Part shown: piece after piece, positions 10,293-24,034 of the stretch
Layout of the letters: each line of letters starts with the position of its first letter
How positions within the stretch are numbered: position 1 is the stretch's first letter
From: Mantamonas sphyraenae STR306
Taxonomy: Eukaryota > Protista > CRuMs
DNA: 64,000 bases
Direction of reading: 5' to 3'
NCBI GenBank assembly: GCA_026936335.1
Contig: JAPMXV010000021.1
Span: forward strand, 124,001 to 188,000
Program-made: the position numbers and the translations under genes
The notes under the pieces: generated by a model
The model's input: the letters and a program-made list of their open reading frames with translations, nothing else
Databases searched by the model: none
What the model was told of the DNA's origin: nothing

Positions 10293-12931
10293 TCACCATT
10301 TGGAGACAACACCGAGCAGGTCGGTGTTTGCCTGCAGGAGCTCGTCTGCTGAAGCAAACTTGGCGGCAATGTCCTTGGAGACGATGTTTGCCTGGACGAG
10401 ATCGTCGACAATGTTGTACATCTGCAGCCAGAGCTCATAGCCCGCCTGCAGGTCGGCCTGAATGTCAGCGCAGCCTACAAAGGTCTGCTTGGCCGTGTCG
10501 AGGTCCATGCCGTCGAGAAGCATGGTCTTGACAATGACGCCGAGACCGCAGTCGACGTCTTGGTTGTACGGCAAGCTGGAGTGCAGCTTGGCGTAGGAGC
10601 GAGGTGGAATCACAGCCTTCTTGCGCACCACCATGCTTGCACACAACATCTCCATCAGGTTGCGAAGGTTGCCCGTGAGCATCTTGACCATGGCATTGAA
10701 TCCAAGGAGGTCGTGGTCGATGGGGCCCTGCCAGATGCCCGAACGTGCTGCTGGGAGGACGGAAAAGACGCGTGCGACCAAGGTTGCACTCAGATACTCG
10801 GTGGCACTGGGGTCACGCACATCCCACTCGGTCACATACTCTGCAGCAGGGCTCAGCGGCTTGTCGTGCAGCGCTCCCAGGCGCAGCATCTCGGTGAGCA
10901 GCAACGTCTCTGCAAAATAGTCACTGGCGCCAAACAGGCTCATGCCCAGCGGGGTCGGCTCGGCCCCGTCCAGGTAGGCCAGCTCTTGGAGGGTCTGCAG
11001 GATGACGGACAGTTGCATCTCGTCCATGGTTACCACCACGTCGCTGTCAATTTTGGCACCAGCCACGCTGCTGCTGCTGCTACTGCTGCTGCTGCTGCTG
11101 CTCTCTCCCTGCTGGTCCAGCTGGTAGGAGAGAGCAAAGCGAAAGTCGATGCTCTTGAGGGTCTTGGGCTTGAGGGTCTTGCGGTTGTCGCTGTTTGATG
11201 ATGAGGAGGAGGAGTTGCCAGCCGAGGATGAGGAGGAGGAGGAGGACGAAGACGACTTCATGGCACGGTACTGACGGCCATACTCACGTGTGATATCGAG
11301 CTGGGGCACACGCGGCTGCTGATGCTTGGAATTGGGGCCCGGATACTTTGTGCTTGCGACAAGGAAGGGCGGTTGGTTGCCTGTGTAATGGGCACGGAAG
11401 CGGACGCCGTGGGTAAAGGCAAAGGAGTTTGGGTTGCCCAAGGCACACACGAGGATGCTGAGGGACTTTGTGCGCAGATCGTGGAGGGCCTCGCTACAGG
11501 CACGCAACTCAATGGTGTCCACACGGGGCATCTTTGCGGTCCAGACGCCCGTGGAGACGGCGTTGAGCACCTGAGTGCCCACGGCACACTGGGAGATGAG
11601 GAAGTAGAGGGAGTTGGGAAGGGCCGGGCCGACGAGGGCGTGGAGGTCGCTGGGGGCGATTTCCGCGTGGAGCGGAGCACACTTGCAGTGGAAGTCAAAG
11701 ATGGGATGGCAACGGACGACAAAACGGGCGCGCACAAACATGTTTTGGTAGTACACTTGTGCCAGGTTGCGTGTGACGGTGACGCCAGCGGAAAACTGCT
11801 TGACCTTGTCCACCACCCAGGGGAAGCTCTCCTGGGGATTGAGTGGGTCGCAATGGTAAATGCCAGCCAGGATGCACATGTCCACAAAGGCCTCCTGGGT
11901 CACCTGCAGGTTCTGTAGGATGGTCAGAGTGTCCACGTAGCTGTACGTGCCCTCTGCAAAGTCAATGCTCAGGATCAGGCGGCTCACACCAAACATCAGC
12001 ATGTCCAACGGCCCCAACACGGCTTTGATGAACGCTCGCGGCTGATTGAGCCACGCCAGCTGTGCTTCTGCCTGGTACGGAGCCTGCATGAAATCCACCC
12101 CGGCATTCTTGAACAGGGTCATGAGGTGCGAGGCATACTCAAACGAGGTGGCGTATTCTGCACATGGGAACACACGTGTACACACGCTGGTCAGCACACA
12201 TGTGCGTGTGGGAACAGGGCCCGCCGCGGGAGAGGGGAAAATCTTGGGCAAAAAGTTACCGCCGCTGAAGCTGCTGCTGGCGCTCTCTGTGTCGCCCTTG
12301 TAGTACGAGGTCCATGCCTGGGACCGGTCGCGCTGACGCTTCTGCCATGGTTGGGTAGGATGCCGGGGAAAGGAGGTGGTTAGAGACATGCATTTGGGAT
12401 GGGAGGGAGGATACTTTGCAAGGGGGAAATGTGATCTCGGCAAGGCGAGGGAAAACGGGTGGCAAGGGAGGCGGTGCTAGGGCTGCGTACCTTGAACGAG
12501 TTGTTGGATTCTTGGAAACCGGGCTTGGGGAGAGTGTTGATTCCCGGAAAGACAAAGACGGGATTGATGTTGTGAGATTGGAACAGGGCAAGGCGTTCGT
12601 TGACGCGCTCGGTGAGGGAATGGGGCACGCCACCGAGGGCAGGTTGCCATGGTTCGGTGACACTGAGGGAGCGCACAAAGTGGTTGACATCAACGCCAAT
12701 GCGGCCGTTGGCAAGGTCGGAGATGTTGCCCGTGAAGAGCAGTGGCTCGATAAACTCTGCGAGAGGGGTGAAAATTGACGAGTCAGGAATGTGGGCGAGG
12801 TGAGTGAAGAGGCCCCCGGAAGGCAGCAGTGGGGAGGAAAGGAAGGAAGGAAGGAAGGAAGGAAGGAGGAACAAGGCCATGTACGTACTGCCGAGACCAC
12901 GGGGTCCAGAACGCAAGACCAGAGAGGACAT
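10293..12931 (-). CDS. MKT1: Mkt1-like post-transcriptional regulator (XPG/PIN-family), spliced
   Basis: Spliced N-terminus RGLGKFIEP...GRIGVDVNHF...NINPVFVFPG; APYQAEAQLAWL; DMCILAG; C-terminal GPIDHDLLGFNAMVKMLTGNLRNLMEM and LPYNQDVDCGLGVIVK resemble the MKT1_C region. GT-AG introns at ~12159-12259, ~12343-12490 and ~12757-12887. Confidence 0.8.
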
Positions 12932-12999
12932 GGCTGTGAGGAGAGTTGGCAAGGCGGACGCGGGGGCTCCCGCAAGGCAAAACACACACATACGAAGAG

Positions 13000-13752
13000 A
13001 TGAGCACAGACAAGAAGAACGAAGTGCATCAGCAGGCAATCTACCTGGAAACCATTGCGAAGGAGCAAAAGTACAGCACGCTGAAAGAGGATTTTGTTGT
13101 GAATCCGAACACACGTAGGTTGATGGAGGATGATGCGGGAGAGCGGGGTTGACGGGAGGGGGGTGGACACAGCTTTGTACTCACACGCACCGGGTGATGG
13201 ATACGGTGTTGGCACACATTGCAGTGTATACAATTTCGGAGAAACCGAACAAGATGAACGTGTGGCAGCTGATGAAGGAGACGGAGGAGGAGATGCAACG
13301 ACGTCGACAGGCGCGTGAGGAGGGGGAGGAAGAGGAGGAGGAAGATGCAGACTGTGAGTTGCAATTGTGGGACACATAGGCACTCTCGTGCGTGTGTTGA
13401 TGCCCAAGTGTTGTCATGTCAGGAGTGCCCTGGAGCGGAAGGACTCGTTGACCGTTACCCGTGAGGCGGAACCTTTGCTGACCCAACACACACACACACA
13501 CGGCACACACACATGCACACATGCACACCACGGGACAACGTGGGCCATTTCACATCTCGCACAGTCAAATCGGTGATGAAAAAGTCGCTGCGCACACCCA
13601 AGGACAAGAACCCGTGGCCGCTGACGGAAAGCCAGGAACTGGGCTGGTTTGCACAAGAGTACAAAACCGAGTCGAACCGACACTTTAACAAGCCCCTGGC
13701 ATCGTCGGATGTCACTCGGTACGCCGATGCAGAACGTGGTGTGACCAAGTGA
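13000..13752 (+). CDS. CFAP144: FAM183/CFAP144-like ciliary protein, 3 exons (not shown intact in the ORF track)
   Basis: Exons encode MSTDKKNEVHQQAIYLETIAKEQK...NPNT|LYTISEKPN...|...TPKDKNPWPLTESQELGWF; donors gtaggt and gtgagt, acceptors ttgcag and gcacag. Confidence 0.7.
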
Positions 13753-13821
13753 ATGGGGGAATTGTGAGAATGAATGAAACATGTACATTTGCGCTGTGGG
13801 AGCCACGGGGAAGACGACGAG

Positions 13822-16800
13822 ATGTTGATGCGGAGCGGGGTTGTTCTTGCGATGGCGTGTTTGGCGTTGGCTGCCTGTGCAGGGACTGTGTATGGACAGG
13901 AGGAGGCCATGGGCAGCGTGGGAGGAGCATGGTGTGAAGAGGTGGGTGTGGAGGTGCCGGAACGGGTGCTGGAGGGACGTCTGGTGGTCGGTGGCTCGTG
14001 GACATTCCACCTGAGTGCATGTGGTCCATTGGAACAGGCATGTGGGGATGACGATGACGCATGGGCGTGTCAACGGTTGGACAATGGGGCTCAGTACTCC
14101 CTGGGGAGGCCGATTCGCTCCGAGCGGGTGAGCCATGGCTTGGTGCGCTTGCGTCTGGCTCACGGAAGCATCTGTGACGTGACGGGTCATCCGAGGGTGA
14201 CGACCGTGACGTGGATGTGTGACAGATCGATGGAGGATGACAGATTGCGTGTGGTGAGTGCAAACGAGGTGAGCACGTGTGCGTACGAACTCACGGCGGC
14301 GTCCAGGCATGTGTGCGGTGTGGTTGCCGGCGTGGAACACGTCGACATCACACATGTACACATGCAGGCACGCATGGAGGAGGAAAAAGCACGAGTGGAG
14401 GCGGCAGCAACACCTGCGCACGCACCGGAGGCGGAGATTGTGCCACCCAGTCGTTTCGAACTGCCTGACGGCACACAGTATGACCTGAGCAGTCTGGTGA
14501 AGGGTGGACAGGGAGCACACAGCACAGGAGTGGAGCTACATTCCGACGATGGCCACGTGTACGTGGTGGGTGGGCTTGTGGCCGTGTCTGGAGCGGGACG
14601 AGACAATGTGGCAGTGCTGCAACGCGCAAGCACGGGCGAGACGTTCTCATGCGGTCATCTCTCGTCTGTGAGATACGAAGCAAGCGATTTGGATGTGTTG
14701 CAAGGGGTGAAAGTGGTCATTGGACGTGGGGATGCGTGCGACGAGCAGCACACGCGCCAATCCGTGTTGCATGTGTTTTGTGACCCCACCATGGAATTGA
14801 GCCAAGGATTGCGCGTGCTGTCTGTGGAAGAAGACTTTTGTGCGTATTCCTTCCGTGTGCACAGCCGAGCAGGGTGTCCGGTGCGTGTGGGGCGCCCGTC
14901 GCCGTCTTCGTCCTCGTCTGCACGTACCCAGTGCCGGTTTGGCGCGTTTGATTTGAGTCGATTGGCACGCAGACGTGCGTTTGGGTTCGTGGACAGGCGT
15001 GCGGGACACACGTACCATGTTTCGGTGTGTGGCGGGGTGCAGCAAACAGAGGGTGGAGGCAGCGGCGTGTCGTGGAACCTGGGAAGCCAGGAGGCGGTTC
15101 AGGTGCCGTCCCGGTTTGGCATGCGGCACGGGGTGTCATTGAAGCACGCGGGGGGCGATGCGTGTGGAGGGGACCAGGGGCGACGACGAAACACGACGGT
15201 GCATCTGCTGTGTGCGCCTCTGCTGGGTGTGGGACGCGTGGTGGAGGTACAGGAGCCACACCCATGTGTGTATGAAGTGGTCATTGTGTCGCCACATGCG
15301 TGTGCACGCGGCACGTCCCGAGAGGGCGATGCAGAGCGAGCGTCGCTGTTCAGTGTCATGGGTGATGCGGCGCTGCGTGCGCAGGAATTGTCATCTGCGC
15401 TCATGCTGTGGGAGATGGCACAACACGAGGCGGGTGGCAATCACAGTGTGTGTGCGTACAAGCGAGGGTCGCTGTTGATGCGCACGGGCCGGCTGGCAAG
15501 TGCCCTTGCGGCACTTGCCCAGGTGGATCGCGGGCACGCACTGTTTGGAAGGGCGCAGGTGGAGCGTGGACGCATGTATGCACACATGGGCCAGTTGAAT
15601 CAGGCACGAATGGCACTTGTGAGTGGGGTGCGTGTGTTGTCAGGAGCGGAACAGATGGAGGCGATGCGTCGCGTGGATGCGGTGGATGCCTGCCGTGCGT
15701 TGTCCACACGTGCATACTCGTTCATGCAGGGTGGCTTCCACGAACAGGCCTTGCGTGCGTTTACACGCCTGGTGGAAGAGTGCAGCCCGGGCTCTGTGGC
15801 GTTGCGTCTTGCACGAGGCAAGGTGCTCATGGCCTTGGAACAGTGGGACGAGGCCATGCTGGAGTTGAACCAAGTGTTGCGCAGCGACAGACGCAACGCA
15901 GAGGCGTTGATTGCACGTGCACGCATCCTCGTCTTGCACAAGGAGGGTGGAGAGGCAGAGGGGGAGAAGCACCTGCGCATGGTCCTTCGCTACGACCCCG
16001 AACACAAAGAGGCTGTGCGCTTGCTGAGGGGCATCCATGCGTTTGGTCGCAGGGTGCAGGCAGCCACGGCCGCCTTCCAGCAAGGTCGCATGGAAGAAGC
16101 GGCCGAGGCAAGTCTAAAAGCGGTCGCAGGCGATGTCCTCGTGGCCGACCAGCGACGTGCGCATGCATACAAGATTGCATGTGCCGCGTTGTACCGTCTC
16201 AAGCGCACCGAGGATGCGTTGGAGGCGTGCAGCGAGAGTGTGGAGTTGAACAGGCAGGAGATTGACGCCCTCGTCACCCGCGGATACATTTTCCTGGGCA
16301 TGGAGAGGTGGCAGGAGGCATTTGAGGATTTCAAACGGGCCCTGCTGATCAACCCACGGCGCTACGATGCCCAACGAGGCTACCAGCAGGCACAGAGGGA
16401 ACACACGCAGCAGAAACAACGCGATCGCGTTGACTACTACGAACTGTTGGGTGTGCCTCGCAACGCCACAAAGGCAGAAATCAAACGGGCGTACCGGAAG
16501 CTGTCTCTGAAATGGCATCCGGACAAGTACGACGGGGATGACAAGGACGAGGCGCTGCGCATGTTTCTGCTGCTTGCCGAGGCAAAGGAGGTGTTGAGCG
16601 ACGCGACATTGCGGGAACGATACGACCGAGGCGAGGATGTGGATGACATCCTGCGTGGACCTGGGCCTGGAGGACGACAAGGATTCCGGGAAGACATGGG
16701 TGGATTCCACGCTGGAGCGGAACCCGATTTTGGGTTTGGACGCGGGCAGGGCGACGACGAGGACGACGATGACACGTCACATGGGGACATGGGTGCAAGT

Positions 16801-16896
16801 GGCACTCGTCAAGGCCATGGTGGGTGGGATGAGCTGCCGGATGGGCCTGGAAAAGCGCGGGATGTGAAAAAGAGAAGTGGGAAAAAGAGAGGGTGA
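13822..16896 (+). CDS. Secretory-pathway protein: signal peptide + about 3 mannose-6-phosphate receptor homology (MRH) domains + TPRs + J domain (DNAJC3/DNAJC7-like C-terminus)
   Basis: Hydrophobic N-terminus [15 protein letters not shown]; three Cys-rich repeats with G-x-x-C...R...C...C-x-Y...S-x-x-x-C; TPR helices; [32 protein letters not shown]. Confidence 0.8.
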   Translation: MLMRSGVVLAMACLALAACAGTVYGQEEAMGSVGGAWCEEVGVEVPERVLEGRLVVGGSWTFHLSACGPLEQACGDDDDAWACQRLDNGAQYSLGRPIRSERVSHGLVRLRLAHGSICDVTGHPRVTTVTWMCDRSMEDDRLRVVSANEVSTCAYELTAASRHVCGVVAGVEHVDITHVHMQARMEEEKARVEAAATPAHAPEAEIVPPSRFELPDGTQYDLSSLVKGGQGAHSTGVELHSDDGHVYVVGGLVAVSGAGRDNVAVLQRASTGETFSCGHLSSVRYEASDLDVLQGVKVVIGRGDACDEQHTRQSVLHVFCDPTMELSQGLRVLSVEEDFCAYSFRVHSRAGCPVRVGRPSPSSSSSARTQCRFGAFDLSRLARRRAFGFVDRRAGHTYHVSVCGGVQQTEGGGSGVSWNLGSQEAVQVPSRFGMRHGVSLKHAGGDACGGDQGRRRNTTVHLLCAPLLGVGRVVEVQEPHPCVYEVVIVSPHACARGTSREGDAERASLFSVMGDAALRAQELSSALMLWEMAQHEAGGNHSVCAYKRGSLLMRTGRLASALAALAQVDRGHALFGRAQVERGRMYAHMGQLNQARMALVSGVRVLSGAEQMEAMRRVDAVDACRALSTRAYSFMQGGFHEQALRAFTRLVEECSPGSVALRLARGKVLMALEQWDEAMLELNQVLRSDRRNAEALIARARILVLHKEGGEAEGEKHLRMVLRYDPEHKEAVRLLRGIHAFGRRVQAATAAFQQGRMEEAAEASLKAVAGDVLVADQRRAHAYKIACAALYRLKRTEDALEACSESVELNRQEIDALVTRGYIFLGMERWQEAFEDFKRALLINPRRYDAQRGYQQAQREHTQQKQRDRVDYYELLGVPRNATKAEIKRAYRKLSLKWHPDKYDGDDKDEALRMFLLLAEAKEVLSDATLRERYDRGEDVDDILRGPGPGGRQGFREDMGGFHAGAEPDFGFGRGQGDDEDDDDTSHGDMGASGTRQGHGGWDELPDGPGKARDVKKRSGKKRG

Positions 16897-16909
16897 TTCT
16901 TCATGGCCA

Positions 16910-18554
16910 TCACACCACCAGAGCGACAGATGCCATGGCTGAGAAGCCAACGAGGATGAGGAGAAACTTGAGGCCCTTGCGTTCTGTGGATTCTTCGAAT
17001 TCCTCGACGACGATGCCGACGCCAGCGACGTAGAGAAAGGTGCCTGATCCGAGGCCCAGGGCGATGGCCTGGATGAGGACGACGGTGGTTTGGGTGACGG
17101 CAATGGAGATGAGAAGGCCCGTGATGATGCCCGTGGGAGTGACGAGACCAAAGAGGAGGATGAGACGGATGATGAGTGAGCGACGCACCTGGGCACGCAC
17201 GAGTGCCACACCCAGGGCAAAGGCGGCAAGGAACTTGTGCGACACAATGGCAATGTAAATGGCGAAAAAGGTTTGCTCCTGAACGGAGGTTTTGAGCACG
17301 CCCAGGGCGAGACCTGCAATGAAGGAGTGGACGGTGAGGACGGCAAGGAGGAGGAAGGGCACCAGGGCGTTCTTGCCCTGGGTGTCGTGGTCATGATGCA
17401 TGGCATCCACCGTAAAACTGTCGCCAGCCTGTGTCAAGTCGCCTCCCTGCGACACTGCATTCAGTTCCGATGCCAGCTTCAGACCCGTGCGCACGCCGCT
17501 GGCAAATGTGTTGCTTCGCACACACACAGCCACAGACGGCCGCTGATCATACGACACCGCCGTCGTGCCTGCGTGCCGTCCATGTGCATGTGCATGCCCA
17601 TGCGTGTGAAGCCTCTCACGCATGCTCCTGCCATTTTTGTGGGACGCACTCCCGCTGCCAAACAGCAGCGGCCTCCCTTCCTGGCTGCTGCTACTGAGCT
17701 CATGCTCCAGGTGGCCATCCAATCCCATGCGATTGATGGAACTGCTTCCCGCTGACAATGCACGTGGACGTCCGCGCCGCCGCCGCCGCTCACGTGTTGC
17801 TCCTGTTCCCGCTCCTGTTCCTGCTCCTCGTTTGCAACTCGTGTTGCCCCGTAGTTGGCATGCGACAACACAGCCCCGTTGCCCTTGCCCTGCTTCTTTA
17901 CAGCATGCACAGCCGCCTCTGCAGCCTCCTCGTCATCCATGGATTCGGTTGGCTTTTCCACGTCGTCACTGCCTGCCTCTTTGTGCTCCGCCGAGGCGAC
18001 GATCAGATCTTCGTGGCCGTCGTACATGATGCGTTCCAAGAACAGCACCAACAGGAAGCCCACGCCACACAACAGCTCAGCAAACGGGTACGTGGTGATA
18101 CCCAAGTCTTCAAATGCTGTGGAGAAAGGGTCAGAGAGCGTGCGTGTGAATGTGTGTGTGTGTGTGTGTGGCAAGGCGGAGGCGCGAATGGGGGTTGGTT
18201 GGCGTGGACGTCAAAATGGGAAAGGCCTTCGCGTGGACGACCACCGGGCTCCCACGGCCACGCAACGCACCTTCGTGGGCATCGGGAAGCATGTGGAGCA
18301 ATCCAGTGGCCAGAAAGACACCCGCCGAGAAAAAGTTGCCCAGGGACAATCCCAGGGAGTGGGACGGATCAGTGCGGCCAAGACGGACGGGAATCAGTCC
18401 GCCGACGATGGCCAGGACAAACACAGACACTGCCGCAAGGATTTGAAATGAGATCTGAGTGGAGTGGAGGAGTGGGATGTGAGATGGAATGTGGGGGGGG
18501 GTGGGGTGGGGTGGGAGGGAACCATGTGTGACGTACGTCTTGGGTTTTGTCCAT
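16910..18554 (-). CDS. ZIP-family zinc/iron transporter (spliced, one apparent frameshift at ~17760-17900)
   Basis: GNFFSAGVFLATGLLHMLPDA; YPFAELLCGVGFLLVLFLE; VLTVHSFIAGLALG; IVSHKFLAAFALG; GSGTFLYVA. Two GT-AG introns near the 5' end. Confidence 0.88.
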
Positions 18555-18666
18555 TCCGGTTCCAGGTTCGTTGGCCTGGTGATGATGGCGCACACATACA
18601 CACCGTTCACACCATACCACAGCACAGTTCCACAATCACAGGGCACAGGGCACAGGGGACACCTGT

Positions 18667-20638
18667 TCACGCGGTGGGATCCCACTTGGCAAAGGAGGTT
18701 TGGAAGGTCTGTGCGAGTTCTGTCTCCTGCTCCTTGTCCAGGGCACAATCCTTCCAGTTGACACGCTCCCGCAGCCCGAGGAGATCACAGGCCACCTGTC
18801 GTCCATACTGCATGGGGAAGCGTTCGTGTTCGCCAATGGCATGTGCAAACCGTGTGCCATCGGCAAGCTCGACGTAAAAATAGCCCTGCTCGCCAAACTG
18901 CTGGGCCAGCGACGTGCCGGCGTCGATGTCGACAAAGTCAATGCCATTGTGTTTGCCCTGCGAGACAAAGGCATCGCGTATGGCAGCGGAGGGCAGGGCA
19001 GCAGGCAGTGGGATGACCTGGAGGTGAAAATGAGCGCCACGGATCTTGATGTTGCGTTCGTAGATCAGGGCCTGCATCTCCTTGCTGGCAAAGTAGGCCT
19101 GAAGGGCGGCTTTGAAGCGTGCAATGTCTTGCAGGACATCGTCGGCACACTGGGCCTGCGAGGTTTCGTGGGTGACTGGGATGATGAGGATGTGGTCGGG
19201 CACAATGCCACCCTTGGGCAAGGCAAGATAGGCAGCCTCGCCAATGTGAGTCACCAGATGCGTTTCCACCTTTTCCGAACTGAGGCAGAACCAGCACATG
19301 GACGGATCGAGTGGGTTGCGAGCCTGACGTGGTTGTCGTTGTCGTTGTCGTTGCTGCTGTTGCCTGCTGGAGGACGGTGCAAGCGACTCCTGCGAGGGCA
19401 GCGGTGCAGGTCCTCGCAACGACGTCCCACGTTGCTGTTGTTGCTGTTGCTGGCGCTGCTTATGCTTCAATTGCCGTTGGTCCATGGCAGCTCCAAAGAA
19501 GAAGTTCTGCGGCTGTGCTTGGTCGACAACGTGACCCAACAGACCAAACGATGACGATGATGATGATGAGGATGATGATGATGAGGAGGAGGAGGAGGAG
19601 GAGGAAGAGGAGGAGGATGAGTTGTTGATGCGCTGGCGCTTGGTTTGCTGGACGATTTGTCTGTCTGAGGACACTTCGTCGTCAACGTAGGGGTTGAGGG
19701 TGGCCTGGGCAGGGATTTGATTCAGCTGCTCCGAGGACATTTCGTGCAGTTGTGTCACATTGACGGCGTACAGAAACTTTGCTTTGGTTTTGTTGCCCAC
19801 GGGTGCCAACGAGAGGAAGCGAGTGATGTGTGTGCGTGCACCGTGGGCGTTGTAGTTGACGTACGGAAGGCGTTCCACGTGCTCCGCCACCCCACCGGCA
19901 AAGTGGTACCTGGGTTTCAGCACACGTGCACACGAGGACGCTAGGGAAGAGCTGGATGACGCTGACACAGGTGCAGGCTGGCTCTCGCGCACGTGTGTGT
20001 CAATGTTGAGCGGCCAGGTGGAAGTCAGGAACAGATCAACTCCCTGGAAGTGGTCCTGCTGCTGTTTGAACCCATCCAACCATGTGCTGACCGCATCAGC
20101 CTCTGCGTCACCCATCGATTCGTGTTCGCTGCTGCTGCCTCCCAGATAGGCAATCTGCAAGCCCTTGGTAAGCTGTGCATTCTCCACCACTCCGTGGCCC
20201 GACACAAAAAGCACGTTGGGTGCCTTTCCGTCGTCATCCTCAACCTCCATCCGGTGTTCTGTGTACCCACATGGAGGGGCGTGGTTGAACACGAGCGTCA
20301 GTGAGAGACTCGCAAGGATGTGTGCGTGTGTGCGCGCGTGTGTGTGTGTGTGTGGGGGGGCATGTGTCAACGAGCATACCTTGCACCCAGGTGCGTTCCT
20401 TGTCGTTGGCACACACCACCAGAGTGGGCAGGGGCATGCGTTTGGTGCCCCGCAGGAGAGCAAGTGCCTCTGTGTGGTCTGCATCGTCGGCTGGCGACAG
20501 GAAGCCCCCCACGCAGCACAGGAGATCAAAGGCGCCCACCTTGCTCTGGACCTTGGCGACCCGTTTGGTCAGAGTCGACACCTTGCCCATCACAGAGCCA
20601 GCAATAAGCAGTTTGCATGTGGTCGAGGTCTGTGACAT
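18667..20638 (-). CDS. CWF19L1: CWF19-like protein 1 (pseudo-metallophosphoesterase + CwfJ domains)
   Basis: KVGAFDLLCCVGGF; GVDLFLTSTWP; LKPRYHFAG; CWFCLSSEKVETHL...YLALPKG...HILIIPVTH; FPMQYGRQV. Intron 20259-20379. Confidence 0.9.
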
Positions 20639-20931
20639 GATCGGTGGGGTTGCTTTTCTGTGCTGTGCTGGCGACACTGGCGCACGTGAGAGATGGAGAG
20701 TGTGAGAGTGCATGCATGTGAGTATGTACGTATGTACAATTCACTCTTGTGATGTGAGTGTTAATTGGAAGGCAAGCAATGTGTTTGCTTGGGAAGCTTG
20801 CTCGTGATTCACTTTCTCCTGCGCCCCAAGGGCATGCACATGGAGGATGCTGGTGCTCGCGTGCATCGTCAAACCTTCCACGGCAGGGATTCGTGGTTGA
20901 TGATGGGCTGGATGGGGAGTGAGTCGGGTGT

Positions 20932-21370
20932 GTGCGGCCGTGCGCGGGAGGAGACAAGTTGGTGTGGAGCGAGATGGACGGGAAGGAAGGAGAGTTGCAC
21001 GTGCGTCCGTTTGAAGACCAGGCCAGCGGCCATTTGTCGATTGTACGCATTGAAGAAACACCTGCACATATTTTCAAGCCGATTATTCGTCGGGAGCTGG
21101 ACTTTTACAGTCGCGTGGAGTCCAAAGTGCCAGGCTTTGCCAATTTCACCGCCAAATATCACGGCTGCCTGGACCTGCGGTTCCGACTGGACACAGACGC
21201 AGTGGACGAGGCCCAGGCAGGCTCAGTGGCAGGAACGTCTGGTGAAGCAGGCACAGAGCGTGTGCTGGCCAAGCCTGTGGATCCGAGTGGAGCAGCGCTG
21301 GTGGCAGAACTTGTGGGAGGGCGGGAAGGAAGCAGCAGCAGCGGAAGCAGTAGCAGCAGTAGCACCAGCG

Positions 21371-21401
<31 letters not shown>

Positions 21402-22746
21402 AGATGCAGTGGAAGAAGATCCAGAGACGAGTCTGTCGGCGTCGAGCAGTAGTGACGAGAGCATGCAGGGGACGGTGGACGGCCAAGAAGGCGAGGGTCC
21501 AGAAGGTGAGCGATCTGCGCAAACGCAGTCGCAGCTGGCGGACGAGGCAGAGACAAAGAGGGAGACAGAATCACACGAGGTGCAGGGAAATGAGGACACT
21601 GCGGATGGTATGGACAACGCAGCCATGGTGGCGGTGGCATTGGAGAGCGACGTGTCGGACGAAGACGACGAGAAGCAGGACCGGAGCAATTCCTCCGAGC
21701 GCGAGGAGGGTCGTACGAAGGACCCCAGCACAAAGGAGGGAGCCAGCACAGAGGACACACAGAGCACAAGGGGACGGGATGAGAGCAGGGAAAGCATGAC
21801 GAAGCGACCGTTGAGGAGCAAGAAGAGGAGGTCGTCAAAGGGGAGCAAAGGGCGTGCGTTGCCATCGCTGCACACGCTGCTGCAAGACTCGCCACAGATT
21901 TCGTATGTGGTGCTGGAGAACCTGACGCAAGGGTACACGCAACCGTGTGTGATGGACGTCAAGATTGGGACGCGTCAGGGGTCGCACGCAGTGTACGGCA
22001 GTGGGACCAAGAAGCCGCGGCTGGTGAGCAAGTACAGGACCAGCACACAGCTGGGCTTTTGTGTGAGCGGGTTGCGCACGTATGCACCGGGCAGCGATGA
22101 GGTGGTTGTGCGTGACAAGCTGCACGGACGCAAGCTGGACAAGCACACCGTGGCCGGCACGCTGATGGAGTACTTTGACGTCGACGGACGACGGTTGGAT
22201 ACACACAGGCACATGTTGCACGAGTGCATCGCAAACATGCGTGCGCTGTACAGCCTCTTTCAGCGGCAAACCACCTTTCTCTTTTGCTCTTCCAGCCTCC
22301 TCTTTCTCTACGAACGGCTGCCTGCGGCACAGCTCGCCGGCACTCCGATTGACTTTGACGATCCGCACGCAGCATGCGGATGCAAAGAATGGGTGGAGGA
22401 TGAGGATGATGAGGATGAGGACGGGGGCGATGCACTGGGGTTGACGCGTGAGCAGGAACGTGCGGTGCATCGGCGTGCACAGGAAGAACGTGGTGGTCAC
22501 TCGCTGGTGCGCATGGCCATGATCGACTTTGCACACACGTATGTGGTGGACGAGGTGGGCGAGGCGGCGCTGGACACTGATTATTTGAGGGGCCTGGGCA
22601 ACCTGATACGTGAGTTTCGCTCCATGGTGCGGCTACTGTGTCCGCAGCATCGCGACGAGGAGCTTGCGAGGAGGAAACGTGCGCAGGAGGAAGAACAAGA
22701 GGAGGAGGAGGGTGATGAGGAGGAGGGCAATGAAACGCTACTTTGA
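20932..22746 (+). CDS. Inositol polyphosphate kinase (IPMK/IP6K family) with an acidic insert
   Basis: PFEDQASGH; PxxxDxKxG motif PCVMDVKIG; SSSLLFLY; MIDFAH. Likely start ATG at ~20973. Confidence 0.9.
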
Positions 22747-22973
22747 CCAACCCTTCCCATGCGACCGCATTACAGTGGATCCGAATCGGAGGGGGAGGGG
22801 AGGACGAGGAATTGCAGCATCACGTCATCGACCTGTCGTCGTTGCTGATGGCCGGTGCGGCTGCGGCGGATGTGGAACAGCCTCTGCAGCAGCAGCAAGC
22901 ACACGGTGGGCATGGTCAACAGGGCATGGATAACGCACACGGACATGGACATGGTGGCATCGGTGCAGACGAG

Positions 22974-23011
<38 letters not shown>

Positions 23012-24020
23012 GGGAGGAGGGGAGGCGGACGGAATGGGAATGGGACTGGGAGGAGAGGGAGCGGAGGAGGGCGGGCCTCGATCACTGGCAGAGGCGTTTG
23101 CAGGGCTTTCTGGAGAACAGCAGCGCGTGTTGGCCTTGCTGATCAACTGGACGGCGTACACTCTTCCGTTTCTGTGTCTGTTGGTGCTTGTGTTTGTGTA
23201 CGCACACGCTGTGGGCCTGCTGTGGTACGTGTGGTTTGCGGGCGCGGCGACGTTCTGCCAAAACGTGCTTGTGAGCGAGATTGCACTCAAACAAGACCGC
23301 CGTGTGAGCCGTGTGGCTCTTGTGGTGGCCGTGGCAGGGGCCCACCTTGCGTTGCTGGTGTGGGCCAACGGCGCGGCCCTTGTGGAGCTGCTTGCCTTTG
23401 ATGCACCGCGCAACCCGGTGACTGGCGCCCCGTTGGCATTGGAGGCGTGGGATGCACTGTGGTACGTGTTTCTGGTGGACATGGCAACGCGTTTGACAGT
23501 GCATGTGCTCAAGGCTGGCGTGCTGTTTGCTCGCGGACACAAGCCCCCGTTCAAGCGCACTGCCATGGTGTACAATGCCATCGAAATGGTGGCCATTGCC
23601 GTGCGTGTGTTGGGCCCTGTGCCCGTGTGGTACCGCTACTTTTCCGGTCCACAGTTTGGGGTGAGCTTTGGCAACATCCTCGCCGCCACATACCTGGTGT
23701 TCAAGTTTCCCCAGTGTGCGGCACGCATGCGCTTGACGGCGTACGCGGTGACGGATGCAATGATGGGTCGTTTGGAGTGGGGTCATTACACGTCGGCACG
23801 CGAGTTGCAACAGGCCGACGACGAGTGTTCGATTTGTCAGGAGGCGTACACCTCGCCCATCAGCCTGCCCTGCGACCATGTCTATTGCGAGGACTGCATC
23901 AGCGAGTGGCTCAACGCACACAACACCTGTCCCCTGTGTCGTGCCGTGGTCGACAAGCCCGTGCACACGCGCGAGCAGTACAAAAACGGCAGTACGCTGG
24001 CTTTAATGTACATTTTCTGA
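22743..24020 (+). CDS. RING finger and transmembrane domain protein (RNFT1/2-like E3 ligase)
   Basis: Several TM helices, PVPVWYRYF, C3HC4 RING CSICQE...LPCDHVYCEDCISEWL...TCPLCR, and a C-terminal NGSTLALMYIF. Exact start uncertain. Confidence 0.85.
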
Positions 24021-24034
24021 GTGGTTTCCACATT

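Noticed and set aside
12838-12868. (GGAA)n and (CA)n/(GT)n tracts (also ~13486, ~18150, ~20335, ~29556, ~36415)
   Set aside because: Ordinary intronic or intergenic microsatellites; not telomeric or regulatory arrays on present evidence.
10293-12931. MKT1 (XPG family) as a functional partner of the PIN-Fanzor
   Set aside because: It is 30 kb away, intron-containing and an ordinary conserved eukaryotic gene; no linking evidence.
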